NCBI GenBank assembly: GCA_035525855.1
Contig: DATLDN010000203.1
Span: 4,737 to 68,736 of the forward strand
DNA length: 64,000 bases
Direction of reading: 5' to 3'
Origin: Gemmatimonadaceae bacterium
Lineage (GTDB): Bacteria; Gemmatimonadota; Gemmatimonadetes; Gemmatimonadales; Gemmatimonadaceae
Program-made: the position numbers and the translations under genes
Shown: positions 9,792-19,802 of the stretch, piece by piece
Numbering within the stretch: the first letter of the stretch is position 1
Layout of the letters: each line of letters opens with the position of its first letter
Notes under the pieces: generated by a model
What the model was told of the DNA's origin: nothing
Databases searched by the model: none
What the model saw: the letters and a program-made list of their open reading frames with translations, nothing else

Positions 9792-9850
9792 GGACGACGC
9801 AAATCAATTCCGGGCAGCCAACCATCGGCAATGTTCGTGCGCGCAAGCCG

Positions 9851-11116
9851 TCAAAACCGTGAGATCAAATCCTTCTGTAGCTTGGACGGATCACCTACAT
9901 ACGCGAAGCGAATTCCTTTCATGTATTTCTGCGCGACGCGTCTCACTTGTTCCGGCGTAACGTTTCGCAGCTCTTCGACAAAATGATCTGCTTCGCGATA
10001 GTCGCCTCGATATAATTGCGACCGCGCAAGAAAATCTGCCTGCGCTCCGTTTGTTTCGTTATCCAGAAAATATTCAGTAAGGAATTGCTGCTCGAGACGT
10101 CCAAGTCCTTCGCGATCGAGTAATCCTTGCTGCAGCTCTGTCACCGCGGCGCGCATGAGCTTAAGCGTCGTGTCCGGCGATGCCGTGGAGATATAAAGAC
10201 CGCCTGCAGTCGCGGCACGATCGAGAAACGGAGCATGGACGTCATACGTGAGGTTCTCTCTCGTACGGATCTGCGCGAACAATCGACCGGTCAAAACCGA
10301 TGTCGCAATACGAAGCGCTTGATAGTCATCCGTGTTCGCGAGCGGACCGCTGTAGTAACCAACGAGATAATTCGTCGGGAGGCTGCGAGACTCTATGACT
10401 AAAGCGGATGATCGTTCTGGAATTCGTGCCGGAGGTGTCCACTTGTAGTTTCCGGCAGGCAGTTTCGCCAATGTGTTCTGCACAAGACGCTCGACATGAG
10501 CACGATCGACGTTACCGACTACAACCAGAAGCATTCGTGACTTTACGATCTGATTGTCGTGGTACGCCTTGAGAGCGGCAGCGTCTATCGATGAAATCGA
10601 GGCTTCGGTTCCGGTTCGTGGAATACCATATGGATGGCCGCTGAACGCGATGCTGTCCGCGAGAAACTCCGCAAGCGCATCGGGGTCGTCACGTCGCTGC
10701 CGAATCCCCGATAGAAACTGCGACTTTATCAACGCGACATCCGAGGGATCGAGCGTCGGCTCCATCAGGCGGCTGGCAAAGATTGCCCAGGTAGAGTCGA
10801 GAACCTCAGTAGTTGCGCGTATGCCGAACATCGTCCAGTCGTCACTCGGGTCTGTGACGATCTCGCTGCCAAGCGCCGACATTTTTCGTCGCAGGACGGC
10901 TCTTGGATATTTTGTCGTTCCGCGATCAGATACCTCGAGAAGAAGCGGCTCTATCCCGGCATTCTGCAAGGTGACCTGCCGCGTTCCGCCGAGCAGATAA
11001 AGATTCGCCGCAACGACGTTGTTGGCCGTGCTTTGGCGGAGCACTACCTGGATTCCGGAAACGTCGAAGCTGTTTGTGAGCGCCGTCAGCGCAACAGCAA
11101 CCGCGAGCAGCATCAA
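9851..11116 (-). CDS. M16 peptidase family, non-catalytic subunit (exported)
   Basis: M16 fold motifs (RLFAQIRTRENLTYDV), no HXXEH, short signal peptide. Confidence 0.85.
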   Translation of the reverse strand: MMLLAVAVALTALTNSFDVSGIQVVLRQSTANNVVAANLYLLGGTRQVTLQNAGIEPLLLEVSDRGTTKYPRAVLRRKMSALGSEIVTDPSDDWTMFGIRATTEVLDSTWAIFASRLMEPTLDPSDVALIKSQFLSGIRQRRDDPDALAEFLADSIAFSGHPYGIPRTGTEASISSIDAAALKAYHDNQIVKSRMLLVVVGNVDRAHVERLVQNTLAKLPAGNYKWTPPARIPERSSALVIESRSLPTNYLVGYYSGPLANTDDYQALRIATSVLTGRLFAQIRTRENLTYDVHAPFLDRAATAGGLYISTASPDTTLKLMRAAVTELQQGLLDREGLGRLEQQFLTEYFLDNETNGAQADFLARSQLYRGDYREADHFVEELRNVTPEQVRRVAQKYMKGIRFAYVGDPSKLQKDLISRF

Positions 11117-12528
11117 TTAACTCCCTCTGCGAGAAGCTCCTGGGACGTGAGCTTTAAGCTGGCGCGGTCTGTTGGTGCGATGAGCACGCCTGTGATGTGT
11201 GGTTTCCCTACTATATACTTGCGAGCATACGCCCGTAGGTCGGTCGTTTTCTGCTGCGCCATGTTATCCACGTAACCCATGTAGTACTCGAGACTCGCAA
11301 CGCTCCACCAGAAGCCGAGCGTGTGGGCGAATCCCGAAGATCGCTCGCGATCGAACGCGGATGTAACCGCGCGATGTGCTTTCACAGCTTCGAGCTCGAC
11401 GGGATCGAAATAGGTTGGCGTATCGAACTTTTTTATCTCTGCGTCGAGCGCTGCCAGCGCTTTGCGCAAATTATCCGGCGAGGTTTGCCCGCTTATTGTG
11501 ATCGGTCCCGTGTGGTTGAGCGTGTAGTAATTCACGCCCAGGTTCTGCCAGAGACCACTGTCAACGAGCCGCTGCTGAAAGTTGGAACCCGCATCGTTCA
11601 AGACGTCGGAGAATACGTCAGCAGCATAGGTCGACCCTGGATCGATTCCAACACTCGGTCCCTGCCATTGAACAAACACTGTCACCGCGCCAACGCCGGC
11701 TTCGACAACAACCGCATCGTTGCGCGTCAACGCAGGAATTGGTGGAACGGGATCCGCCACGAATGGGTCGGGCCCCCGCTGCCAGCTGCCCAGCTCTTTC
11801 TCCGCAAGCGAAAAAACAGCTGCCGGATTCACGTCACCTGCAACGATCAGAACGGAATTGTTCGGCACGTAATACTTCTTCTGAATCGCTCGCATCTTTT
11901 CGGGCGTCGTCGTCGAGATCACGGTGCGATCGCCAATGACATTCTTTCGGCTGAAATTTCCCGGGTACAGCTTTGCATCCATCTGCTGGTTCAGCTGAAA
12001 GAATGGACTCGATTCGTTTCGATCGTATTCGCCGATCACCACCTGTCGTTCACGCTCCAGCTCATCCTGGCGAAAAAGCGGTGCTTTCAAGGCGGCCGCG
12101 AGAAACTGAACTCCCCCAGCGAGATTGTCTGCGGGAACTGTGAGGTAATAATTCACGCGCTCTTCGGCAGTCGTTCCGTTGAATACAGCGCCGAGATCTC
12201 CGGCGCGATCGACGAACGCTTCGGGCTGCGGATAAGTTGAATTCGCGCGGAAGAACATGTGCTCGTACATGTGCGCGAGGCCCGCGAAATCGGGTGTCTG
12301 CGTAAACGATCCATTCTTGACGTTCACCTCGATCGTAGCGAGCGGAACGCCATGATTCTCGACAACGATCACTTCGAGCCCATTCGCCAGAACTTTCCGC
12401 TGGATGATTTTCTGAAGCTCTGCGCGCTGCGCAAAAGCATAGGCGGGAAGGAGAAAGCTCGCAGCCACGAGAATTGCTATAGTGGCGCGTCGACCCGATG
12501 CTCGATTTCTTTGTGAGATGTTAGCCAA
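11113..12528 (-). CDS. M16 peptidase family, catalytic subunit (exported)
   Basis: GLAHMYEHMFF (HXXEH), ERERQVVIGE, signal peptide ending AFA-Q; start uncertain (TTG 12528 avoids overlap with murB). Confidence 0.88.
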   Translation of the reverse strand: MANISQRNRASGRRATIAILVAASFLLPAYAFAQRAELQKIIQRKVLANGLEVIVVENHGVPLATIEVNVKNGSFTQTPDFAGLAHMYEHMFFRANSTYPQPEAFVDRAGDLGAVFNGTTAEERVNYYLTVPADNLAGGVQFLAAALKAPLFRQDELERERQVVIGEYDRNESSPFFQLNQQMDAKLYPGNFSRKNVIGDRTVISTTTPEKMRAIQKKYYVPNNSVLIVAGDVNPAAVFSLAEKELGSWQRGPDPFVADPVPPIPALTRNDAVVVEAGVGAVTVFVQWQGPSVGIDPGSTYAADVFSDVLNDAGSNFQQRLVDSGLWQNLGVNYYTLNHTGPITISGQTSPDNLRKALAALDAEIKKFDTPTYFDPVELEAVKAHRAVTSAFDRERSSGFAHTLGFWWSVASLEYYMGYVDNMAQQKTTDLRAYARKYIVGKPHITGVLIAPTDRASLKLTSQELLAEGVN

Positions 12529-12540
12529 CAGAAAGCCTCG

Positions 12541-13479
12541 ATGATTGATAGCTACAAAAAACTCGCCGCGCGGCTGAATCAATCCCAGCTCAAACGAGAC
12601 GAGCCACTCGCTCCATACACCACGTTCCGCATCGGTGGTCCAGCGGACCTGCTGTACAATGCCACGTCTGCAGATGATTTAGCAAATGCAGTGCGAGCAG
12701 CGCGAGACTTCGATGTGTCGTACTTCGTACTCGGCCTTGGCGCAAACATTCTCATCGGCGACAAGGGATTTCGCGGGATTGTAATCCGGAACACATCAAA
12801 CGCTTACAACTTTGCGGACGATGGAAAGCTTACGGTCGAAAGCGGGGCAATAGTCGGTGAAATCATTCCGTTAGCAGTCGAGCGCGGATGGTCGGGGCTC
12901 GAGCATTACGTCGGAATACCCAGCACGGTTGGCGGCGCTATCTGGCAGAACCTTCACTTCCTCGAGCCGGAGCCCGAACGGAAGAAAACAATGTTCATCG
13001 CCGATGTGTTCGAGTCCGGAGAAATTCTCGCCGAAGAAGGCGATCGAAAAATTGTCGATCGTGATTACATGCAGTTCGGATATGACACGAGTACTCTCCA
13101 CAGCCGGCGTGACATCCTGCTGTCCGCGACGTTCGCGCTGCACCGTGAAGATCCCGCTGTCATGCATCGCATCATGCAGGAGAATCTGAGTTGGCGGGGA
13201 AGCAGACATCCGTGGCTTCAGTTTCACCCGAGCGCGGGCTCGATCTTCAAGAAGATCGAAGGAGTTGGAGCGGGAAGACTTGTAGATCAGTGCGGGTTAA
13301 AAGGATTTCGCCATGGCGACGCGCAGATCTCACACATCCACGCGAACATCATGGTGAATCTCGGTCATGCGACAGCAAAGGATGTTCGGGAGCTGATCTC
13401 GATTGCGCAGGAAGCGGTGAGATCGAAGTTGGGGTTCAATCTCGAGCCCGAGATCAGCTTCATCGGTGAGTTTGCTTAG
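12541..13479 (+). CDS. murB: UDP-N-acetylmuramate dehydrogenase
   Basis: YTTFRIGGPA, LGLGANIL, GIPSTVGGA, SAGSIFK, HANIMVN and LEPEI motifs. Confidence 0.93.
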   Translation: MIDSYKKLAARLNQSQLKRDEPLAPYTTFRIGGPADLLYNATSADDLANAVRAARDFDVSYFVLGLGANILIGDKGFRGIVIRNTSNAYNFADDGKLTVESGAIVGEIIPLAVERGWSGLEHYVGIPSTVGGAIWQNLHFLEPEPERKKTMFIADVFESGEILAEEGDRKIVDRDYMQFGYDTSTLHSRRDILLSATFALHREDPAVMHRIMQENLSWRGSRHPWLQFHPSAGSIFKKIEGVGAGRLVDQCGLKGFRHGDAQISHIHANIMVNLGHATAKDVRELISIAQEAVRSKLGFNLEPEISFIGEFA

Positions 13480-14583
13480 CTAGTGCTCGAGGAGCGCTGA
13501 TCGACAGGCATCGAGACAGCGCTCCAGTGTCGCGGTCGTGTGATCACCCATGTGCCCGATCCTGAAAGTTTGATCTTTCAGCTTGCCGTATCCCGTCGCG
13601 ACTGTGATGCCGCGCGACGCGACTTTTGGTAAGAGCGAAGTCGAGCTGACGCCGTCCGGTAACTTGATGGTGGATACGGTCGGAGATCGATGAGCAGCGT
13701 CGACGATGTTGCAGATGTCGAGGCCATCATCATTCCGACACGCAGTTACCCATTTATTGGTCATTGCCGCCATTTCAGAATGCCGGCCCCACCGATTTTC
13801 GATGCCTTCCGCGTTGATGGCCTTAACCTGGACATCCAGCGCATACATCAGTGATAGTGCGGGCGTACTTGGCACCTGCCCGCGTTCAGCAAAATGCTCC
13901 ATTTCAACGAGATCGAAGTAAACACCTCGGCCCGCAACATTTCGCGCTGTGTCGATGAAAGCCTGCGACGCGACGCTAAACGCGAGGCCCGGCGGAAGGG
14001 CTAACGCCTTTTGAGATCCTGTTAGAACGTAATCTAATTTCCATTCATCGAAGCGAAGCTCTGCACCACCGAGACCGCTGACACTATCGATCAGACATGG
14101 AATTCCATGGCTGTGGGCGACATCGGAGAGTGACCGCACATCATTAAGAGCGCCCGTCGATGTTTCCGATTGGGCGACAGTAATCGCACTATACTGAGCC
14201 TTTGTTAGGTAATTATCTAATTCTTCGGGGTGATGCCATTGCCCCCAACCAACCTCATAACGATCGACCGCCCGACCGCACATCTCGGCGATATGCGCAA
14301 ACCGCTCAGAAAACGCTCCATTAACCAGCGACAGTATCCGCCCTTCCGGAGCGCACCGGATTGCGGCTTCCATCATGCCCGTACCGGATGATGGAACAAT
14401 GAACACCGGTCGGCTTGTTCTGAAAATTTGCTTTAAACCAGCCTGCACTCGAGCAAACAACTCCTCGAAAGCTGCGCTGCGGTGCGGAATCATTGGCCGC
14501 AGCATCGCTTCAAGAACCTCCCGCCTCACTTCAGTCGGGCCAGGCAAAAAGAAGGTGCCAAACTCCGGAAGGCTCTCGGTCAT
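13480..14583 (-). CDS. Class V PLP aminotransferase (alanine-glyoxylate/serine-pyruvate type)
   Basis: PGPT, SETSTG, DSVS, GSQKALALPPGL and FRIGHMG motifs; ATGA overlap with the upstream gene. Confidence 0.9.
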   Translation of the reverse strand: MTESLPEFGTFFLPGPTEVRREVLEAMLRPMIPHRSAAFEELFARVQAGLKQIFRTSRPVFIVPSSGTGMMEAAIRCAPEGRILSLVNGAFSERFAHIAEMCGRAVDRYEVGWGQWHHPEELDNYLTKAQYSAITVAQSETSTGALNDVRSLSDVAHSHGIPCLIDSVSGLGGAELRFDEWKLDYVLTGSQKALALPPGLAFSVASQAFIDTARNVAGRGVYFDLVEMEHFAERGQVPSTPALSLMYALDVQVKAINAEGIENRWGRHSEMAAMTNKWVTACRNDDGLDICNIVDAAHRSPTVSTIKLPDGVSSTSLLPKVASRGITVATGYGKLKDQTFRIGHMGDHTTATLERCLDACRSALLEH

Positions 14584-14939
14584 CGCTCCATCCATTTCTT
14601 CCATGTGGCTTCATCCGCCCCAACGGTGAGCTGGTTCGCATTTCGAACCAGCGGCATTCTCAATAGTAGCGGCTCCTCCGCCAGCTTATCGAGCCAGCTT
14701 TCATCCGACATCCTCGCGTGGCGAAGACCAAGCTCCTGAAATCGCCTCGACTCCGAATCGAGTATCCAGGTAATTCCAAATTTTTCGGCGAACCGACGAA
14801 GCTCGCCCTTGGCAGCTGCACGCTCCATCAAATCAACGAAATGCGTTTTCACTCGGCGCTCGGCGAAGAATCGTAGCGCCTTTCGTGTGTCGGCGCTCTT
14901 GCGCACGCCGAAGATCTGAACGGTCATGGTTTGTGGCAT
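14580..14939 (-). CDS. ArsC/Spx/YffB family protein lacking cysteine
   Basis: IFGVRKSADTRKALRFF and PLLLRMPLV motifs. Confidence 0.8.
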   Translation of the reverse strand: MPQTMTVQIFGVRKSADTRKALRFFAERRVKTHFVDLMERAAAKGELRRFAEKFGITWILDSESRRFQELGLRHARMSDESWLDKLAEEPLLLRMPLVRNANQLTVGADEATWKKWMER

Positions 14940-15007
14940 TTTACACTCATGACATTAATCAGAATGTCCCGAACGGTATTGCTTGTGCGTCGGTGCGTTG
15001 CCGTACC

Positions 15008-16039
15008 ATGAAACCGTTTCGTCCTGCCTGGTGGCTGCCAGGCCCGCATGCTCACACGCTGTGGGGAAAACTATTTAGACGCGAGCCAGCGCAACCAACT
15101 GTCCGTGAACGGTGGACTACACCCGACGGCGATTTCATAGATGTCCATCGTCTGAAGAATCCATCTGCAAAGGTGCACCTCGTGATTCTTCACGGACTCG
15201 AAGGCACTGTTCGGTCAAGCTACGCCCAGGGACTTCTCGGTGAGGCGAAAACGAGAGGATGGGCTGCTGACATGCTCATCTTTCGATCATGCAGCGAGGA
15301 AATGAACCTCACCCGCCGGTTTTACCATTCGGGTGAGACAACGGATCTCGGGTTTGTGATCGATCGTTTGATCGAGGAACACCCCCAACAAATTCTATGT
15401 CTCGTTGGCGTGTCACTTGGTGGAAACGTTCTCCTGAAATATCTCGGCGAACGTGGCAAATCACTGCCGGAATCGATCAAAGCTGCCGTCGCCATATCCG
15501 TTCCGTTTGATCTCGAGCGCGCTTCGCGGCACATCGATCGGGGATTCGCCAAGGTTTATCAGCGGCACTTTGTTCGATCGTTGAAACGAAAGGCGCTCGT
15601 GAAGCTCGTGACATTTCCGGATCTCGTTGATAGGGACCGGTTGACGAGCCTTCGCACGATGTACGAGTTCGACAATGCCCTGACGGCGCCCCTCCACGGT
15701 TTCGATGATGCGCGTCACTACTATTCGTCCTCAAGCTCGCTGGAGTTTCTCAAAGGAATTAGTATCCCGACGCTACTATTAAGTGCAGTCGATGATCCCT
15801 TTCTTCCTCCGGATGTTCTGAATCAGGTTCGCGCAGTCGCGGACAAGAACCGCTGTCTTCATATCGAGTTTACTGAGCATGGAGGGCACGTTGGTTTTGT
15901 CGAAGGACGAAATCCGTTCCGGCCTCGCTATTATGCGGAGCGTCGCGCTAGTGAGTTTGCTGCAAGCCACGTCGAGCGCAGCGTAGGATTACCATCAGAG
16001 AATTTTCACCGAGGTGAACATGTCGAAGCCAGAGTTTAG
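15008..16039 (+). CDS. YheT-family alpha/beta hydrolase
   Basis: HGLEG, YHSGETTD, GVSLGG, DDPF and GGHVGF motifs. Confidence 0.9.
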   Translation: MKPFRPAWWLPGPHAHTLWGKLFRREPAQPTVRERWTTPDGDFIDVHRLKNPSAKVHLVILHGLEGTVRSSYAQGLLGEAKTRGWAADMLIFRSCSEEMNLTRRFYHSGETTDLGFVIDRLIEEHPQQILCLVGVSLGGNVLLKYLGERGKSLPESIKAAVAISVPFDLERASRHIDRGFAKVYQRHFVRSLKRKALVKLVTFPDLVDRDRLTSLRTMYEFDNALTAPLHGFDDARHYYSSSSSLEFLKGISIPTLLLSAVDDPFLPPDVLNQVRAVADKNRCLHIEFTEHGGHVGFVEGRNPFRPRYYAERRASEFAASHVERSVGLPSENFHRGEHVEARV

Positions 16040-16910
16040 GTGCGCCCGTTATCTCATTGCCGCGTTGACGGCAGCAGCGTGCACGACGACGGGAAGCAGT
16101 ACAACAACCGGATCCTCAGCCTCGGCTACATCCTCGAGTGCAAGCGTTCAAACATCGTCACTGCCACCGGACGCGGGGCGTGCGCTCGCGCGACTAAACA
16201 GCTCGCCACGTCACGGCGAGTACGCGATGATAAAGGTGGGACCGTCTGATAGCCTGAGGCTCTGGGTGGTCTATCCCGAGCGCAAGACAAAAGCGCCAGT
16301 CGTTGTTGTCGTTCACGAAATTTTTGGACTTTCCGACTGGATTCGCGGCGTCGCAGACCAGCTTGCGGCAGACGGTTTCATTGCGGTCGCTCCTGACTTC
16401 CTGACAATGAAGAACCTTCCGCGGGGATCTGACAGCGCCGCCACTCAAGCCGCGGTTGCTGCAATCCGAACGCTCGATGCTGCGCAGGTACAACGCATGA
16501 TCGATGCTGCCGCTCAGTACGGGATGGCATTACCCGCTGCGCAGCAACGCTACGGCGTCGTCGGATTTTGCTGGGGTGGCGGAATATCGTTTGCGCACGC
16601 GGTGCACTCTCCGACCCTCGGTGCCTCCGTCGTTTACTATGGCACATCTCCACCGACGCCACAGCTGACGAATGTCCGAGCACCTGTGCTTGGCCTGTAC
16701 GGCGGCAACGATGCTCGCGTCGATGCTACGATCCCGCCCGCGGATTCTGCAATGAAGGCAATGGGAAAGACGTACACTCCGACAATTTTCGAGGGCGCGG
16801 GCCACGGATTTTTGCGACAACAGGCAGGAGCGAACGGCGCGAACATGACCGCGACGCAACAGGCATGGCCAGCCACGATCGCGTGGTTCAAGAAATACCT
16901 CGATTCCTGA
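16020..16910 (+). CDS. Dienelactone hydrolase family lipoprotein
   Basis: HEIFGL, GFCWGG and AGHGF motifs; lipobox-like AAAC. Confidence 0.9.
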   Translation: MSKPEFRCARYLIAALTAAACTTTGSSTTTGSSASATSSSASVQTSSLPPDAGRALARLNSSPRHGEYAMIKVGPSDSLRLWVVYPERKTKAPVVVVVHEIFGLSDWIRGVADQLAADGFIAVAPDFLTMKNLPRGSDSAATQAAVAAIRTLDAAQVQRMIDAAAQYGMALPAAQQRYGVVGFCWGGGISFAHAVHSPTLGASVVYYGTSPPTPQLTNVRAPVLGLYGGNDARVDATIPPADSAMKAMGKTYTPTIFEGAGHGFLRQQAGANGANMTATQQAWPATIAWFKKYLDS

Positions 16911-16914
16911 TTAG

Positions 16915-17436
16915 ATGATCTCTCGGGTCCTGTTCCTCTCGTTCTTTGTCGTCGGACTTGCTGTCGGTGTTTACGCGATGCTCCATGGAATTGAGCGCCG
17001 CTCGAAGAAGCGGCGTCCGTCCGCAATTTTCAACACGCCTGTCGTTGCCGCGCTGGCCGTTGTATTCGGTGCCGCCGGTTATTTGCTCGATACGCGAACA
17101 GGGTTATCCGCTCCGGCGATTCTCGTAATTGCGGGTGTTGTTGCAATCGCAATTACGATTGGCGCAATCGCACTTATATCGCGTTGGGCGTTGCCATATG
17201 CGGGGGCGCCCACGAGCGATGATACAGCACAAGGAACTATTGCGATCGTGACACGAACGATCTCAGCGTCGAATGCTGGAGAAATTTCGTACGAGACCGA
17301 CGGGATAACGCGAACGATTGCCGCCGAGAGTCTTCTGGGTACGCAGATTCCAGTTCATAGTGAAGTTGTGATCGACACAATCGATGGCGGCATCGCGCGC
17401 GTTGAATCGTGGTCGAGCGTGGAGCAGCGCCTCTAG
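16915..17436 (+). CDS. NfeD-like membrane protein
   Basis: Three TM helices followed by an OB-fold-like C-terminus (GEISY...EVVIDTIDGGIARV). Confidence 0.65.
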   Translation: MISRVLFLSFFVVGLAVGVYAMLHGIERRSKKRRPSAIFNTPVVAALAVVFGAAGYLLDTRTGLSAPAILVIAGVVAIAITIGAIALISRWALPYAGAPTSDDTAQGTIAIVTRTISASNAGEISYETDGITRTIAAESLLGTQIPVHSEVVIDTIDGGIARVESWSSVEQRL

Positions 17437-17723
17437 CCTGAATTAGCGACCGCAAAAAGTTGAAGCCAGTCAGGCCAATTTCCACTGAGCTCGAAAAAAT
17501 CGTCGAAGTAGATCAACCCGTTCGATTCCAGGTACTCGATCATCGGGCCGATCAGATCGTCCGACGGTAACGGTCCGATCACGACAAGCTGATCTGCAAC
17601 ACGAAATTCTTCATCGGTAAGATTGAATTTCGAATCGAGCTCAGCTCTGACCAACCCGCTGCTTTCATAGCGTTCTTTTCGAATGAGAATCGAAGGTCGT
17701 TGTGCATCGATTCGAATTGGCAT
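17433..17723 (-). CDS. Hypothetical protein
   Basis: 96-aa ORF filling the gap between convergent and divergent genes; upstream GAGAG. Confidence 0.65.
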   Translation of the reverse strand: MPIRIDAQRPSILIRKERYESSGLVRAELDSKFNLTDEEFRVADQLVVIGPLPSDDLIGPMIEYLESNGLIYFDDFFELSGNWPDWLQLFAVANSG

Positions 17724-17782
17724 TTGTGCTCTCGTAGTGTCGTTGCGAGAACGATTGCTCCAACCCTGCTACTTTTCAATTC

Positions 17783-19729
17783 ATGCGCGCTAAGGAAAAC
17801 ACGAGCTCATTCGAATCAGAGTTTGACGTTCTGGTTGTCGGTGCGGGACATGCCGGCACTGAAGCAGCTGTCGCAGCTGCTCGAACGGGTTGTCGTGTTG
17901 GCCTTGTGACCAGCGCGCTCGAGACAATCGGTCAGATGTCGTGTAATCCGGCGATCGGTGGAATTGCAAAGGGCACAGTCGTCCGCGAAGTAGACGCTCT
18001 GGGCGGCATCATGGGTCGTGCGACCGATCTCGCAATGATTCAGTTCCGCATGTTGAACCGAAGCAAGGGCCCAGCCGTATGGGCGCCCCGTGCGCAATGC
18101 GATCGCGGTCTTTACAGACGCGCGGTTCGCGCGTTGCTCGAGGAGCATCACGACATTCATACGATTCAGGGAACAGTCGCACGGTTGATCCTAGGCGATA
18201 ACGGATCCAGGGTCGAAGGACTCGAGACCCTCGAGGGTCGCCGATTCTCATCGCGCACTGTTGTCATAACCGCGGGAACGTTTCTGCGGGGACGAATGCA
18301 CATCGGTACTACGACTCGTTTGGCCGGCGGAAGAGCCGGAGAATCAGCAGCGGTCGATCTTGCTGAGCAGCTCGAGGAAGCGGGATTGGTGGTCAATCGA
18401 TTCAAGACCGGAACACCGCCACGAATCGACGGTCGAACAGTCGACTATTCGGCGTTGGCGCAGCAGGAAAGCGAAATCGAAGATTTCGATTATTCGTGGT
18501 CGGCGTTTTGGGACACGCCAAGGCGTGATGGCGACGCTACTCGCCATCCCGGTCAAATGCCATGCTGGATTACGTACCTCGGCGCAGAGGGAAAGAAGAT
18601 CATCGAAGACAACATTGCGTTGTCGGCGATGTACGGAGGTGCGATCGCATCACGCGGCCCGCGATATTGTCCATCGGTCGAAGACAAGATTGTCAAGTTT
18701 CCGCAGGCGGAGCGTCATCAGATTTTCCTCGAGCCGGAGGGACACGACACAAACGAGCTTTACGTCAACGGACTATCGACGTCGCTTCCATCAGACGTAC
18801 AGCTCGAGATTCTGCGATCGATTCGGGGACTCGAAGATGTGAGAATGACTCGCTCCGGATACGCAGTTGAGTACGACTTCTATCCGCCGACGCAGCTGGA
18901 CGCATCGCTTCAGGTAAAATCCATTTCGGGTCTGTTCTTTGGTGGACAGATCAATGGAACGACCGGTTATGAAGAAGCTGCGGGCCAGGGTCTCATTGCG
19001 GGCCTGAATGCGGCGTTGTTCTCGCGCGATCGCGCGCCGGTGATTCTTGGACGACAATCGTCCTACATCGGTGTTTTGATAGACGATCTCGTCACGAAAG
19101 GCGTCGACGAGCCGTACCGACTGTTCACCTCGCGTTCGGAGTTCAGACTCACTGTGCGACAAGACAACGCCCTGCGTCGCATGAGTGATGTTGGTAACGA
19201 GGTTGGCCTTTATGACGAACGAGAAAAATCAACCATCGATCGTCGCATGAAGAGTGAGGATGATCTGCGATCGTTTGTCGATTCAACGAACGTGAGCCCG
19301 GAACAAGCGCAGCCGTTTCTCGCTGCAGCATCGAGCTCTGCGCTGTCACAGCCGACAAGAATGTCAGATCTGGTTCGACGCCCCAGAATTAATCTTTCCG
19401 ATCTGCTCGGAGCACTCGATCAACAACAGTCTCGCACGCGAGAAGTTGTTCTCAGTACGGAGATGGAGATCAAATACGCCGGCTATTTCGAGCGGGAACG
19501 GGCACAGGCGGATCGGCTTCGCCAAATGGGTGATTTCGTTCTCGCCCCCGATCTTCCATACGACGACATGACATCACTTTCATTTGAGGCTCGCCAAAAA
19601 CTCGCGTCAGTGCAGCCAAGGACGCTTGGTCAGGCGTCGAGTATTCCAGGCGTGAGTCCAAGTGATTTGCAGAACCTCGTGATCGAGGTGGAGCGACGTC
19701 GTAGAGGCGTGTTTGAGGTTGGGGCTTAG
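17783..19729 (+). CDS. mnmG: tRNA uridine-5-carboxymethylaminomethyl modification enzyme
   Basis: GAGHAG, MSCNPAIGG, GPRYCPSVEDK and GQINGTTGYEEAA motifs. Confidence 0.98.
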   Translation: MRAKENTSSFESEFDVLVVGAGHAGTEAAVAAARTGCRVGLVTSALETIGQMSCNPAIGGIAKGTVVREVDALGGIMGRATDLAMIQFRMLNRSKGPAVWAPRAQCDRGLYRRAVRALLEEHHDIHTIQGTVARLILGDNGSRVEGLETLEGRRFSSRTVVITAGTFLRGRMHIGTTTRLAGGRAGESAAVDLAEQLEEAGLVVNRFKTGTPPRIDGRTVDYSALAQQESEIEDFDYSWSAFWDTPRRDGDATRHPGQMPCWITYLGAEGKKIIEDNIALSAMYGGAIASRGPRYCPSVEDKIVKFPQAERHQIFLEPEGHDTNELYVNGLSTSLPSDVQLEILRSIRGLEDVRMTRSGYAVEYDFYPPTQLDASLQVKSISGLFFGGQINGTTGYEEAAGQGLIAGLNAALFSRDRAPVILGRQSSYIGVLIDDLVTKGVDEPYRLFTSRSEFRLTVRQDNALRRMSDVGNEVGLYDEREKSTIDRRMKSEDDLRSFVDSTNVSPEQAQPFLAAASSSALSQPTRMSDLVRRPRINLSDLLGALDQQQSRTREVVLSTEMEIKYAGYFERERAQADRLRQMGDFVLAPDLPYDDMTSLSFEARQKLASVQPRTLGQASSIPGVSPSDLQNLVIEVERRRRGVFEVGA

Positions 19730-19802
19730 CCGGTCTGTTCGCCGTGCAAGAAATGCGTTGTCGAGCGTCTTAGAAGTCTGACCGTTTAAGAAAGGAGAAA
19801 GT

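Noticed and set aside
11323-12240. 305-aa antisense ORF
   Set aside because: Opposite the M16 peptidase; no recognisable features
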